64,000 bases of DNA, taken from the IMG/VR virus record IMGVR_UViG_3300042731_004976, positions 1 through 64,000 of that record, one strand, 5' to 3'. Of this stretch, positions 17,700 to 28,434 are shown piece by piece (within the stretch, counting starts at the first letter, position 1; every line of letters starts with the position of its first letter). The notes beneath the pieces are model-generated. The model made no database searches, had not been told where the DNA came from, and saw only the letters and a program-made list of their open reading frames with translations. A program made the position numbers and the translations under genes. This DNA is from a virus.

Positions 17700-20465
17700 A
17701 TGATCGAGTACGAGGTGGTCGACTCGCCCGCGGTCTTACCCAAGATCGCGGGCGAGATCGCTGAAGCTGAAGCAGTCGGTCTCGACATCGAGACGACGGC
17801 GTACAAGCCCCAGCACGGACACATCCGTCTGGTGCAGATCAACACCCTCAAGGGTGTGTACGTCATCGACCTCTTCAAGACGAAAACTCTCGATCCCGTG
17901 ACGGAGGCTTTGGCGGGCCCCGCCGTGAAAATCGTTCAGGCGGGAGTTTTCGAACAACTGTGGTTCCTCGCAAAGTACGACTGCATCTTGTGGCCGTTGT
18001 TCGACACGCACCGTGCGAGCGCGATGATCCACAACGGGAAGAACCTCGGGCACAACCTCTACGATATCTACCTTAGGGAATTGGGAGTTTCCCCGGAAGC
18101 GCCAGACCTTGGAGGCTCTGACTGGAGCGGGCACCTCACCGACGCCCAGTACAAGTACGCTGCGGAGGACGTTGTCCACCTACCAGCACTACGGCAGTCC
18201 CTCAAGCCGAAGCTGGCTAAGGCAGGACTGAATCGTATCGCGCTGCTGGAGTTCGGAGCCATCCTTGGAGAAGCCGAGATGAAGCGCAACGGCTTCCCTC
18301 TCAACAAGGACCGATGGCTCGCGCTCGCGCGAGACAACAAGGAGAAGGCGGAGAAGATCCGCTCCCAGTTGGATCTGATGCTCCCGCATCCTAGCGGACA
18401 GGTTTCGCTCCCTGGGATGTCTTCGGGTTTCAACCTGAACTCGACCCAGCAGCTACAGAAGAGCTTCAAGCGCTTGGGTATCGACTTGACGAGCACAGCG
18501 GAGAACGTGCTCGGTATGATCGCATCGAAGCACCCCTCGATTCCGAAGTTGATGGAGTACAAGAAGGTCTCCAAGAGGGTCAGCTCTTTCGGTCCGGACT
18601 ACCTCAAGCACTTAGATGAGGCGACCGGCCGCATTCATTGTGACTACTGGCCGCTTACGGGAGCAGGTCGCTACTCGTGCAGCGATCCCAACCTTCAACA
18701 GATCCCTCGTACGAAGGACTTTCGCGGTTGCTTTGCCCCTGGTGAGGGAAAGACCTTCGTAGTCTGCGACTACGGTCAGATCGAGCTTCGCATCGCTGCG
18801 GAGATTACCGGAGACAAAACGCTTCGAGGCATCTACGTGAAAGGGGAGGACGCGCATCAGCGCACGGCGTCCCTGGTGTCGAACGTTCCGTTCGATCAAG
18901 TCAGTAAGGAGCAACGGCAAGCAGCGAAGCCCGTGAACTTCGGACTCATCTACGGACTGGGTTGGGAGAAGTTGATCATCTACTCCCAGGTATCGTACGG
19001 CGTTACCCTGACGGAGGGGCAAGCCAAGAAGTTCATCAAACGCTACTTCGAAGCCTATCCGGCGGTGCGTGCGTGGCATGATCGTGCCCTTAGAGATGGG
19101 CAGCGGACGCACATGGCCCGTACGTTGTGGGGGCGTCTTCGTTACCTCGATCCCGAGAAAAGCCGCAATGAGTTCTTCAATTGCGTGGATGACGAAACGG
19201 AAGCGCTCACCCGCCGAGGGTGGGTTTCCGGATTCGATCTCAACCTCGACGACGAACTGTTGACCAAAAACCCAGACACAGGAGAGCTGGAGTGGCAGCG
19301 CATGACGGCTCTGAAACGCTTCCCCGATCACGAGGGAGAGGTTTGGGAGTTCCGCAATAGGAGCTTCAGTGCTGTAACTACGCCCGATCACCGCTGGTTG
19401 GTGTACAACAAGATCAGTAAGCGAGACGAAGAACGAGTATCGAAGGACCTCTCGCAGTGGGGTGACCATAGGATTCATCGCACGGGACACTTCCGTGGCG
19501 CTTCTCGAAAAGAAGTTACAGACGACTTCGTGGAACTGGTTGGTTGGTTTCTCACAGACGGATCTGGTTTCTTGTCAGGAACGAACAAGACGAGAGACAC
19601 TGCGAATCTGTACCAAAGTGCTCGCGCGAACCCGCACAAGGTCGCTGAGATAGATCGGCTCTTGGAGAATAGTCCGGAGTGGTTGACTGGCCGGTACGAG
19701 TACGGGGAGTCCAACAACTTCCAGGTCACGTGGCGCTTGGAAGAGAAAATCTCCGAAGAACTACGTACGCTGTTTCCCTCCCGCCAGTTGACCGTGGACT
19801 TTCTGGGGCGTCTGACACGTCCGCAACTAGATCTTCTTCTCCACACCATGATGGCTGGAGACGGCCACGTTGAGGACAGCGGTAAGCGGACATTCTGTTG
19901 CGGAGAGGATCGTATAGATCAGAAGGAGGCTTTCCAGATCTTGTGCACCCTTTGCGGGTATGCTTCTTCGAGTAGGCTTCGTGACTTCCGGAAGTACCCT
20001 CCGGGCGTTTCTGCGAAGATGCAGAACTCACCCAAGCGGGGGAAAGCTTGGTACGTGACGATACTTCGGAGAGACAAGGTTAAGATCCAAAGGGACCACG
20101 TAACCGTTTCGCACCGGAAAGTTCCTGTTTGGTGTCCCATCGTTCCGAACACGTTCTTTGTCGCTCGGCGAGAGGGTCAGGTATACATCACCGGGAACAC
20201 CCCCGTGCAGGGAACGGGAGCAGACGGGCTCAAAAGATCCTTGCCTCTTGTGTACCATCGACTGCGCCAATTCGGTGAACAGGCGCGCATGGTTCACATG
20301 GTCCACGACGAAATCGTTGTCGAGGTAGACGATCATCCAGATCTGGTTACGGCGGTGAAGCACGAGCTGGAACAGGGCATGATCGAGGGAATTCAGCCTA
20401 TGTTGCCGCATGTTCCTGTGGAGGCCGAAGCGGCCTCGGGACCTAGTTGGGCAGAGGCGAAGTAG
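17700..20465 (+). CDS. polA: DNA polymerase family A (3'-5' exo + pol) with intein
   Basis: LDIET exo I, YAAED exo III, PNLQQIP, DYGQIELR, RQAAKPVNFGLIYG, VHDE. Confidence 0.95.
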   Translation: MIEYEVVDSPAVLPKIAGEIAEAEAVGLDIETTAYKPQHGHIRLVQINTLKGVYVIDLFKTKTLDPVTEALAGPAVKIVQAGVFEQLWFLAKYDCILWPLFDTHRASAMIHNGKNLGHNLYDIYLRELGVSPEAPDLGGSDWSGHLTDAQYKYAAEDVVHLPALRQSLKPKLAKAGLNRIALLEFGAILGEAEMKRNGFPLNKDRWLALARDNKEKAEKIRSQLDLMLPHPSGQVSLPGMSSGFNLNSTQQLQKSFKRLGIDLTSTAENVLGMIASKHPSIPKLMEYKKVSKRVSSFGPDYLKHLDEATGRIHCDYWPLTGAGRYSCSDPNLQQIPRTKDFRGCFAPGEGKTFVVCDYGQIELRIAAEITGDKTLRGIYVKGEDAHQRTASLVSNVPFDQVSKEQRQAAKPVNFGLIYGLGWEKLIIYSQVSYGVTLTEGQAKKFIKRYFEAYPAVRAWHDRALRDGQRTHMARTLWGRLRYLDPEKSRNEFFNCVDDETEALTRRGWVSGFDLNLDDELLTKNPDTGELEWQRMTALKRFPDHEGEVWEFRNRSFSAVTTPDHRWLVYNKISKRDEERVSKDLSQWGDHRIHRTGHFRGASRKEVTDDFVELVGWFLTDGSGFLSGTNKTRDTANLYQSARANPHKVAEIDRLLENSPEWLTGRYEYGESNNFQVTWRLEEKISEELRTLFPSRQLTVDFLGRLTRPQLDLLLHTMMAGDGHVEDSGKRTFCCGEDRIDQKEAFQILCTLCGYASSSRLRDFRKYPPGVSAKMQNSPKRGKAWYVTILRRDKVKIQRDHVTVSHRKVPVWCPIVPNTFFVARREGQVYITGNTPVQGTGADGLKRSLPLVYHRLRQFGEQARMVHMVHDEIVVEVDDHPDLVTAVKHELEQGMIEGIQPMLPHVPVEAEAASGPSWAEAK
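19182..20198 (+). mobile_element. intein (339 aa) with LAGLIDADG-like endonuclease
   Basis: EFFN|CVDDETEALT...TPDHRW...YITGN|TPVQG; LVGWFLTDG and MMAGDG motifs. Confidence 0.9.
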
Positions 20466-20499
20466 GCGTACCAGGTAGAAGTGCGTTACACTGGGATCC

Positions 20500-21327
20500 G
20501 TGGCTGTCACCAAGAAGAAGAGGAAACAGCGCAAGCCGGCCTTTCGGACTAGCAACCCCAACAGAGATCCGCGTTTCGCACGTCTCAAGGCCCTCGCCTG
20601 CTTCGACCAAATCAAGCCAATGTTGCTCGCTGGACACTCCTGCCCGAAGGTAGCCGAGTGGATTCAGGAGGAGCAGAAGGAGCTGGAAGACGCCTCGCGC
20701 GAAGGTATTGTCACGCTGCTCCGACGCTATCGGGAGTCCTTCTCGGACGCTGAGCTGATCCAAGAGCGGATGCCCCAAGTCTTCGAAGAAGCGAAGACTC
20801 GGGTACACGAGTCCCTCGATGAGTTGGCGGAGCTGGAGGATCTATACCGTCTCCAGAAAGAGCGCGTCATGATCGATGTGGCTCTGGAAAGAAAGTTCAG
20901 CAAGCTGCTTCCATCCAACACGCAAGAGATTCGAGCCGCGCGCGAGATCCTCAGCACCATCGCCGAACTGAAGATGGACCTAGGACTTCATGATCGCAAG
21001 CTCGGTACAGTAGACGTGGATGCAAAGATAGAAGCTACGCTCATCGCCAAGCACGGGGACTCTCGTTTGGCGAAGACGCTGGCAAATCCTCAGCAACGGC
21101 AGCGTCTCTTGGGTATAGCGAAGCTCATGGCCAAGCGTGCCGGTCGAGAGGACGAACCTGTCGAGGTGATCGACGTTCCTGGGGAAGCTACGGACATCCA
21201 AGCTTCTCCAGAAGAATCTCCCGTCGTCGTAGACGTGTCCGCTTCGAACGAGACGGAGGAAGAAGAGACTCCTCCCTCCGACGTTTCCTCTTCAGGCTAC
21301 CCCGGTGCGGAGGGCGTGTCCCCATGA
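20500..21327 (+). CDS. putative terminase small subunit
   Basis: Helical protein directly upstream of and overlapping TerL. Confidence 0.55.
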   Translation: MAVTKKKRKQRKPAFRTSNPNRDPRFARLKALACFDQIKPMLLAGHSCPKVAEWIQEEQKELEDASREGIVTLLRRYRESFSDAELIQERMPQVFEEAKTRVHESLDELAELEDLYRLQKERVMIDVALERKFSKLLPSNTQEIRAAREILSTIAELKMDLGLHDRKLGTVDVDAKIEATLIAKHGDSRLAKTLANPQQRQRLLGIAKLMAKRAGREDEPVEVIDVPGEATDIQASPEESPVVVDVSASNETEEEETPPSDVSSSGYPGAEGVSP

Positions 21328-23414
21328 TCATTGAAAAGGGTGGGAGGGCTCGGAGTTTTCGAACTCTTGAGGAAGAGGACGCAGCTCTGAAGAAGGAACT
21401 GGAATCGCTTACTCCAGACGAGCGCGATGCCCTCATGCTCATGCTCTCAGAGCTAGAAGAAGAAAAGCAAGACGGCGAGCAGACCCTGATAGATCTCGTT
21501 TCTGAAGCTGAGTACAAGCACGCGATCGTTGACATCGAGACCTTCATCAAGGATCCCTACTACCTGGGGAACACGTGCGAAGCGCTGTACGATCAGCACG
21601 TCATCGACCTAAAAGAACTGTTTAGCGGCGGCTACCAAGAAGCGATCTGGACTGGCGCAATCGGGTACGGAAAGACCTTCGTCGCGTCCGTAGCTGTTGC
21701 ACGGGTCATCTATGAGATCTCGTGCTTGAAGGATCCACACCGATCCTTCGGCGTCGCTCCGGGGTCCAACATTTCCCTCGTCTGCCTTTCCGTAAACGAG
21801 GGCCTCGCGATGAAGGTGGCCTTCGAGAATATCGCGACCAAGCTCAAGGCGAGCCCCTACTTCCAAGAGAACTTTCCGTTCAAGGAGACGAAGAAGGAGT
21901 TCCGTTTTCCCAACAGCGTCTGGTTGGCTGCGCGAGCTACAACCGACACGTCTGTTCTCGGCTTGAACGTGATCAGCGGTCTCCTCGACGAGACCAACTT
22001 CATGGACAAGGGACGAGCGGACGCTCGCTTCGGGTCTGTGGATCACGCAGAAACCATCTATGCCGGCATGCGACGTCGTATGAAGTCTCGTTTCGAGCGA
22101 CGGGGGAAGCTGCCCGGCATGTTGTTTCTCGTGTCGTCGAAGACAACCACGGATGACTTTACCTCTCGACGTATTCGAGAGTCTAAAGACGATCCGACTG
22201 TCTTTGTTAGGGACTACTCCCTATGGGACGTCAAGCCAGAGGAGTACTACAGCGCGGATAAGTTCCTCGTCATCTGCGGAAATGAGCAGGTTCATTCACG
22301 CATCATCGACAAGGAAGAAGAAGAGGTCTTCCGAAAACAGATGGACGATCTTCCGGACGGCATCACCGTAGTAGATGTTCCGGAGGACTTCCGTCTCGAC
22401 TTCGAAAGGGACATTGAGGGAGCGATCCGCGACATCGCGGGGATGAGTACGGTTGCGATCAGCCCCTTCATTCAACGAAGAGAGCGCCTCGTTCCTTGGG
22501 ACAAGCACCCGGGCCATCCGTTCTCCGTGGAGGTCTGGGATCCGTCAAAGCCAGGCAACTTCGTCTGGGAGCGCATGGTCATGGAGGTGGAGGAGACGGA
22601 CTTCAGTGGGTACTCCCACAAGAAGCTTCGTCCTATAGTCAATCCTACGGCTGCGCGTCACATTCACATTGACCCGGCCTACCGAAAGGACCGCGTGGGA
22701 TTCTGCATGGGCCACGTAGCGGACTGGACTGACGTAACCCGTCGCACTGAAGACGGTGCGGTGTACCAGGAGCGCGCGCCCATCTTCCACATCGACGTCA
22801 TCTTGCAGATCGTTCCTCCCGTAGGAGATGAGATCGTCCTAGGGGACATTCGACGTCTCGTCTATCAGCTAGCGGATCACGGTTACATCATCACTGGGGT
22901 GTCAATGGACACCTGGCAGTCGGTTGATGCCCTTCAGCAGCTCAAGGCCAAGGGGTTCAACTCAGAACACCTATCTGTCGATACTCAGATGGATCCGTAT
23001 AACTGCGTGAAGGATGCCTTCTACGAAGGCCGAGTTCGGATCTATGACTACGCGCCGGTCTTCAAGGAGCTTCGGGCTCTGGAGAAGGACGAGAAGAGGA
23101 ACAAGGTCGATCACCCTCCCAAGGGCAGCAAGGACGTCAGCGATGCCCTTGCTGGGTGCCTATTCAAGCTGAAGATGCGCAATGCTCGTCAACCTCTTCC
23201 GATAATGCGAGGTCTGTCGTACTCTCCAGATGCTTGGATGGACGAGCAACTTCAGCACTCCATGGCCCTACATCAAGGTTCCAACCGCGGTGAAGACGGC
23301 CGCTACTACCCGGGTCTGGCGACTCGGGGAGGAGTGCCGCAGGGGATGCTTCCTCCATTCCTTGGGGGAGGTAGTGGTTCGAACGACGATGACGGGGGCT
23401 GGTCTCCGTTGTGA
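21324..23414 (+). CDS. terL: terminase large subunit
   Basis: Walker A GAIGYGKT, Walker B LLDE, nuclease HIDPA and KDVSDALA. Confidence 0.9.
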   Translation: MIIEKGGRARSFRTLEEEDAALKKELESLTPDERDALMLMLSELEEEKQDGEQTLIDLVSEAEYKHAIVDIETFIKDPYYLGNTCEALYDQHVIDLKELFSGGYQEAIWTGAIGYGKTFVASVAVARVIYEISCLKDPHRSFGVAPGSNISLVCLSVNEGLAMKVAFENIATKLKASPYFQENFPFKETKKEFRFPNSVWLAARATTDTSVLGLNVISGLLDETNFMDKGRADARFGSVDHAETIYAGMRRRMKSRFERRGKLPGMLFLVSSKTTTDDFTSRRIRESKDDPTVFVRDYSLWDVKPEEYYSADKFLVICGNEQVHSRIIDKEEEEVFRKQMDDLPDGITVVDVPEDFRLDFERDIEGAIRDIAGMSTVAISPFIQRRERLVPWDKHPGHPFSVEVWDPSKPGNFVWERMVMEVEETDFSGYSHKKLRPIVNPTAARHIHIDPAYRKDRVGFCMGHVADWTDVTRRTEDGAVYQERAPIFHIDVILQIVPPVGDEIVLGDIRRLVYQLADHGYIITGVSMDTWQSVDALQQLKAKGFNSEHLSVDTQMDPYNCVKDAFYEGRVRIYDYAPVFKELRALEKDEKRNKVDHPPKGSKDVSDALAGCLFKLKMRNARQPLPIMRGLSYSPDAWMDEQLQHSMALHQGSNRGEDGRYYPGLATRGGVPQGMLPPFLGGGSGSNDDDGGWSPL

Positions 23415-23444
23415 ACGGGACTGGTTCCAGGTAAGAGAGGATCG

Positions 23445-23801
23445 ATGGCCCACCTAGCGCAACAGATCGAAGACCTCCGCATTCTGATGCTGGAGCCTCC
23501 GTGGGTCGACTTCGTGCGGCTTACGCGCATGGTCGACTCGATGGCAGACTCTCCTGAGCTGGAGGTTCTCAACAACGACGAGATCCGAGCCTTTCAGGGG
23601 TTCAGGATCACTCTCCATCGAAGTGCGCAGATGGAGCCAGACATGATGGTCAAGCATGTCTTGGCGCACTGGCGAGGATCCAACGGTGTGGTCGAACAAG
23701 CGATTCGCAAACTATCGATCGGACCGGAAGCTGTGGCTTGTATCGGTCGCTTTCGTCACGGTCCCTACACCGACCAGGTGAGTTACGGAACCCTGACGTG
23801 A
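23445..23801 (+). CDS. hypothetical, putative head protein
   Basis: GAGG SD; leader LAQQIEDLRILMLE. Confidence 0.55.
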   Translation: MAHLAQQIEDLRILMLEPPWVDFVRLTRMVDSMADSPELEVLNNDEIRAFQGFRITLHRSAQMEPDMMVKHVLAHWRGSNGVVEQAIRKLSIGPEAVACIGRFRHGPYTDQVSYGTLT

Positions 23802-24145
23802 AGGACACTGCGCGCGCCGTTGCCGAAGATTTGGAAAAGGTGTTCGGCCTCTCCGAGGGCCCTGTCAACACAGGGACCGTTTTGACGTTGCCGTCTACCA
23901 TTTCTAGGGAGCAGGCCCTGCGTGCTGCGCACACCTGTCCTTTGGACGCAGTCTTCCGAGACTTGGGAGCTGTTCTCGCTCGTGAGCTTGGGAACGAGCT
24001 ACTTTCGGCCAACCTGCGCCCAGCAGACTACGCCGAGTTCGGAGACATCATCCCCGTTCTTCGGGATCGCCTCGTTCGCGCGCTCATGGCGGATCCCTCT
24101 AAGCTTGCTTCCTCCGTCGAAACCCATTTGCGCATGCGTGGATAG
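23798..24145 (+). CDS. hypothetical protein
   Basis: GTGA overlap. Confidence 0.55.
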   Translation: MKDTARAVAEDLEKVFGLSEGPVNTGTVLTLPSTISREQALRAAHTCPLDAVFRDLGAVLARELGNELLSANLRPADYAEFGDIIPVLRDRLVRALMADPSKLASSVETHLRMRG

Positions 24146-24154
24146 GACTGAATC

Positions 24155-25918
24155 GTGGGGTTCTTCACTGGAGTAGCGGATCGCATTCGCCAAGCGTGGA
24201 TTCAGGACAAGGAGTCCGTTCCGCTTCAGTTGGCGAAGGGCGCAGCCATGGCCGGGCTTCCGCAGTCTGGCTACGATCTCCTCCAAGCGTACGGATACGA
24301 TGTCCTAGGCGACTATCTTCGCCTCGAACAAGATCTCCTTTCTCGCTACGTTGACTACGAGGAGATGGATGACTACCCGGAAATCGCTGCCGCGGTAGAC
24401 ATCTTCGCAGACGACTCCACGCAGCCCGACACTCAGATCAATCGTACGGTCTGGGTGACGTCTCCAGACAAGAACATCCAAAACGCGCTCAACGAACTGT
24501 TTCAGAAGCGGTTGCGGATCGACGAAGAGATTTGGGAGATCGCCCGTACACTGGTCAAGTACGGCAACGACTACGAAGAAGTGCTTGTCACTCCTCAGGG
24601 TGTGATGGGTCTCAACTTCCTCCCTCCTCCTACGGTACGTCGTATCGAAGGTCCGAGAGGAGAGCTGTTTGGGTTCATTCAGGACTTTCAAGGCCGTTTT
24701 GGGTACTCACCCGAAGAGTTCAAGAACGTGCTCGCTCGTCGGACCGCTGCTCTACAGGGTAGAGGCCAAGATAGCTACGGCATGCAAATGGACCCAACGC
24801 TCAATGCGTTGGAAGACTGGGAGGTGGTGCACTTCCGTCTACGTGGGAAGCATCGCCGGAGCATCTATGGGTTCTCTGCGTTGGAGGCGGCTAGATGGAT
24901 CTTCAAGCGCCTCATCCTCCTCGAAGATTCGGCGATCATCTATCGTCTTCAGCGCGCTCCTGAACGCTTCGCCTTTTACGTAGATGTTGGGGACCTGCCC
25001 CCTGCCGAAGCGTTGGCGTATGTCAACAGAGTTCGACAGCAGTACAAAAAGCGCAAGTACGTCAACCCGAGTACGGGCAAGCTCGACCTGAAGTTCGACC
25101 CTCTCTCTCAGGATGAGGACTTCTTCCTGCCTTCTCGTCAAGGGCAAGACGGTACCCGAGTAGACGTCCTGGCCGGTCCGCAATGGCAGCACATGGAAGA
25201 CATCGAGTACTTCCAGAACAAGCTGTTCAGTGCGATGAAGATCCCGAAGGCGTACCTTGCTCAGGATGAGAATACTGCTCGTGCGGTCCTCTCGACCGAG
25301 GACGTTCGCTTCGCGCGTTCCGTGCTGCGTATCCAGCGAGAGCTGCAAAACGGCTTGCGCAAGGTAGCCCGCATCCACTTGGCTGCTATCGGACTCGATC
25401 CTCACAAGGCCGATTACGATATCCACATGACTGTCCCCAGCTCCATTTTCGAGTTGGCTCAGTTGGAGGTCCGAAACGCACGTGCGGACCTGGCAGGGCG
25501 TATGAAGGAGTTCATGCCCTTCTACTGGATCTACAAGCGCATCTTCTCGCTCAGCGACGATGAGATCCAGGTCCTTACCAAGCAGAGGGAAGAGGACGTT
25601 CTCAACGAGGCCCTGTGGGGAGCTAAGGCAGAGGCAGCGGCTCAGAAACTGGCCCAGGGCGGAGAACAACAAGCAATGCCCGTGGCTTCGGGAAAGAGAG
25701 AACTCGGAGCCTCCAGAAAGATCATCGTTCCCGGACAGGTTTCGAGGGGCGGGGCCCGCGGTATTTCCGAGCGGGAGCTGATGGCGGGGTACTCCAAAGA
25801 GGTGGAGAAACGGCTCGACGACAAGCTAGATCGCCTTCTGAAGGGGGATCGGCAGTTGGAGGGGGCGCTTCGAGAGCTTGGGGACTTCGTTCAGGTGCTG
25901 GCAAGATCTCATCGGTAA
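24155..25918 (+). CDS. portal protein (T4 gp20-like)
   Basis: IYRLQRAPERFAFYVDVGDLP, EDFFLP, EDIEYFQNKLFSAMKIP. Confidence 0.93.
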   Translation: MGFFTGVADRIRQAWIQDKESVPLQLAKGAAMAGLPQSGYDLLQAYGYDVLGDYLRLEQDLLSRYVDYEEMDDYPEIAAAVDIFADDSTQPDTQINRTVWVTSPDKNIQNALNELFQKRLRIDEEIWEIARTLVKYGNDYEEVLVTPQGVMGLNFLPPPTVRRIEGPRGELFGFIQDFQGRFGYSPEEFKNVLARRTAALQGRGQDSYGMQMDPTLNALEDWEVVHFRLRGKHRRSIYGFSALEAARWIFKRLILLEDSAIIYRLQRAPERFAFYVDVGDLPPAEALAYVNRVRQQYKKRKYVNPSTGKLDLKFDPLSQDEDFFLPSRQGQDGTRVDVLAGPQWQHMEDIEYFQNKLFSAMKIPKAYLAQDENTARAVLSTEDVRFARSVLRIQRELQNGLRKVARIHLAAIGLDPHKADYDIHMTVPSSIFELAQLEVRNARADLAGRMKEFMPFYWIYKRIFSLSDDEIQVLTKQREEDVLNEALWGAKAEAAAQKLAQGGEQQAMPVASGKRELGASRKIIVPGQVSRGGARGISERELMAGYSKEVEKRLDDKLDRLLKGDRQLEGALRELGDFVQVLARSHR

Positions 25919-25977
25919 AACATCGATCTCTGTGTTGACACCCGTAGAAGCTGACGGGTAGTTTTGGAGGACCCCCT

Positions 25978-26919
25978 GTGACGACCAAGTACTTCGTTCC
26001 GATCTCAGAGATCCGCAAGCTTGCTGAAGGCAGCTTCGAACAGACGGCCGTCACTTTGAGCCAGGTGGTGGAAAACTCCTCAAAGCAGATCTTCGGAGAA
26101 GATGTTGTCTGTGAGTTGATCGGAACTTTTCCAGACACTGCTTTGGTTCTCAGCGAAAACGGCGACGTGGCGCGTATTCGCTGGTCCCGTAACGAACAAG
26201 GGAATCCGCAGATTACGGGTCACGAACCTGTGAAGGTTTCTCGTTACTCTTCGGAGAATCGGGGAGACTACGTTCGTCAGGAAGTCCGTCGCGCGGTTCG
26301 CTCTTGGATGGAGGGCCGCGTGGATGAGGCCAAGGGCATCATCGCGGAGGTGGCTCCTTACGCTGTGGGTGCTCCCTCCCAGGATCCCTCAAAGGTGGTC
26401 GAAGCGCTCGCCGTGGAGCTGAAGGCCCCTCGCCCCTGGAGAGTTCTACTTCAGTCCCGAAGCGAGCAGATTCGTCCGATGGTGGGGGAAGCGGCCATCA
26501 GGAAGATCGAAGAAGAGAAGGTTGCCCCGAAATATGGGCCTCTTTACAACGGTCGCCTCGCCGAGTCTGAGATCCTGAGCTACCGCGATCTGGTTGAAGG
26601 GGACTTCGTCTACCTCACTACACGAGTAGGCGCCCTGAAGGATCTCGTCGAGTCGAGTTACGACGCCGTAAGATCTGTGGTACGTTCTGAGGAGTTGAAA
26701 GAGGAGGAAGCGATCAAAGTGTTCGTAACCTTCTCAGAAGATCTGATTGCTGATCTTCGACGACTCCAAAAGATCGTGTCCGAAGCAACGACCCAAATTT
26801 CAAAGCTCGACAGCCTTGGAAAACTCCACGACACTATCGTGGAGCACGAAGCAGACTATGCAGTTGCCAGTCGGTTCGTCGAAGCGATGTCCAGTCGGCT
26901 ACTCGAAGCCATGAAGTAG
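25978..26919 (+). CDS. hypothetical head-module protein
   Basis: GGAGG SD; position between portal and protease. Confidence 0.65.
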   Translation: MTTKYFVPISEIRKLAEGSFEQTAVTLSQVVENSSKQIFGEDVVCELIGTFPDTALVLSENGDVARIRWSRNEQGNPQITGHEPVKVSRYSSENRGDYVRQEVRRAVRSWMEGRVDEAKGIIAEVAPYAVGAPSQDPSKVVEALAVELKAPRPWRVLLQSRSEQIRPMVGEAAIRKIEEEKVAPKYGPLYNGRLAESEILSYRDLVEGDFVYLTTRVGALKDLVESSYDAVRSVVRSEELKEEEAIKVFVTFSEDLIADLRRLQKIVSEATTQISKLDSLGKLHDTIVEHEADYAVASRFVEAMSSRLLEAMK

Positions 26920-26928
26920 GAGAACAAG

Positions 26929-28230
26929 ATGAGCGCTCTCAGGCACCCGGTTGTGATCACCTCCCTCCAAGAGGACATGCGACGCATCGGCCTTTCTCCG
27001 AAGGGTGAGGCCGCAGATGATGTGCCTTACGGCAACGAACCCGAAGAGCCCGGTCCCGATCCCGAGGCCGATGGCGGCAACCCGCAAGAGGGTGAAGGCG
27101 AGGGGGACGTAGATCCCGAAGCCCCGGCTTCTCAGACCGAACAGGACAACGGAGACGACGACGGCGAAGAAGACGAGCCGCCCAAGGATGCACAGGACGA
27201 AGCTCGTGCTCTCGTTCGTCAGCATGCTCAGGGCTGGATCGCTCAGCACGCTCCCATCGGTCCCGGTCCTGTCGGTGCTCAGTCCGAGAGCCGTCGAGGC
27301 CGGGGCAAGAGAGGCGGCAAGAACCTCACCGAGGGCAAGAAGGGTGGCAAGGGCAAGCCTGCCAAGCGCACTCCCTTCCGCAAGCCGGTGAACGAGTCTC
27401 GGGCTCAGCGCGTCTATCGCCTGTCGAGGGGCAAGATCTTCGAGAGTGCTCCCGCTCCGAAGCTGGCCGGTGCTTCGAAGACCAACAGTCTCCTCCATGA
27501 GGTGGCTTCCATCATCGGAGACATTCAGCGCACGAAGAAGGTCGAGCACATCAAGGGCTTCGCGAACATCGCGGTCATCGCCGAGATGCTCTCCCGCCGT
27601 TTCGCTTCGATCGGAATGGGTCTCGCCGAGGGCAGCATCTACCGAGTCAGTGGTGAGATGAAGCGCATCTCGGAGCAGGCTTCCGACATGGCCATCGGTC
27701 TCGATGGTGGTGATGACGAGGAGCAGCCCACGGAGCAAGATGCCCCGATGGGTGGAGGAGACGACGCTCAGGTCGATGACCTGTTCAAGAAGCTGATGGC
27801 GAAGCTTCTCGATGCGCTCCAGCTCTACAACGACGTCACGGGCAAGTCCGACAACGAGGTGGCTCCGGACGACGGTCGTCTACCTCCCGACATGGAGCCT
27901 CAGGAGGGCGACGAGAACCCGGACGACAACGATGACGAAGAGCCATCGGACGATGCGGGTTCCGATGCCATCGACGACTTCGATGGTGGCGACCTGGGCG
28001 GTGACGAGGAGCCGTCCGGTGACGAGGAGCCGTCCGATGACGAGCCTTCGGGAGACGAAGGCGAGGGAGACGACGACGAGGAGCAGGAGGAGAGCACCGA
28101 TGCTTCTCCCTACGGAGATCCTGCCAACGGCGACGAGCCCGAGAACGAATCTCGCGATCGGGTGTATCACGAGGTGCTTCGGGCGATGCGCGGGGGAAAA
28201 GCAGAATCCCGGCAGGGGAGGCGCCGGTAG
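26929..28230 (+). CDS. acidic prohead core/scaffold-like protein (possible -1 frameshift extension to 28418)
   Basis: AGGAG SD; acidic tracts, repeated ESR sites; G GGA AAA near end. Confidence 0.65.
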   Translation: MSALRHPVVITSLQEDMRRIGLSPKGEAADDVPYGNEPEEPGPDPEADGGNPQEGEGEGDVDPEAPASQTEQDNGDDDGEEDEPPKDAQDEARALVRQHAQGWIAQHAPIGPGPVGAQSESRRGRGKRGGKNLTEGKKGGKGKPAKRTPFRKPVNESRAQRVYRLSRGKIFESAPAPKLAGASKTNSLLHEVASIIGDIQRTKKVEHIKGFANIAVIAEMLSRRFASIGMGLAEGSIYRVSGEMKRISEQASDMAIGLDGGDDEEQPTEQDAPMGGGDDAQVDDLFKKLMAKLLDALQLYNDVTGKSDNEVAPDDGRLPPDMEPQEGDENPDDNDDEEPSDDAGSDAIDDFDGGDLGGDEEPSGDEEPSDDEPSGDEGEGDDDEEQEESTDASPYGDPANGDEPENESRDRVYHEVLRAMRGGKAESRQGRRR

Positions 28231-28434
28231 ATGAAGCTTGGCGGCTTCGACGAACTGCATATTCGTCGGGCCGCCGTGAAACCTTCGGGTTCGTGAAGAG
28301 AGAGATCAATCCTCTCGCAAGGAAGATGAGGAAGCACAGGAAGGACTTCAAGAGCGCGTTCGGTGCCAACCTCACCTTCACTCCCTTCAAGGGTAACTTT
28401 CGCTGGCGATTCCACTGATTCGAAATCAACCCCG

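Noticed and set aside
28228-28296. Stop-codon readthrough of the TAG before a hairpin
   Set aside because: The zero frame closes about 21 codons later; the -1 frameshift explains the gap better.
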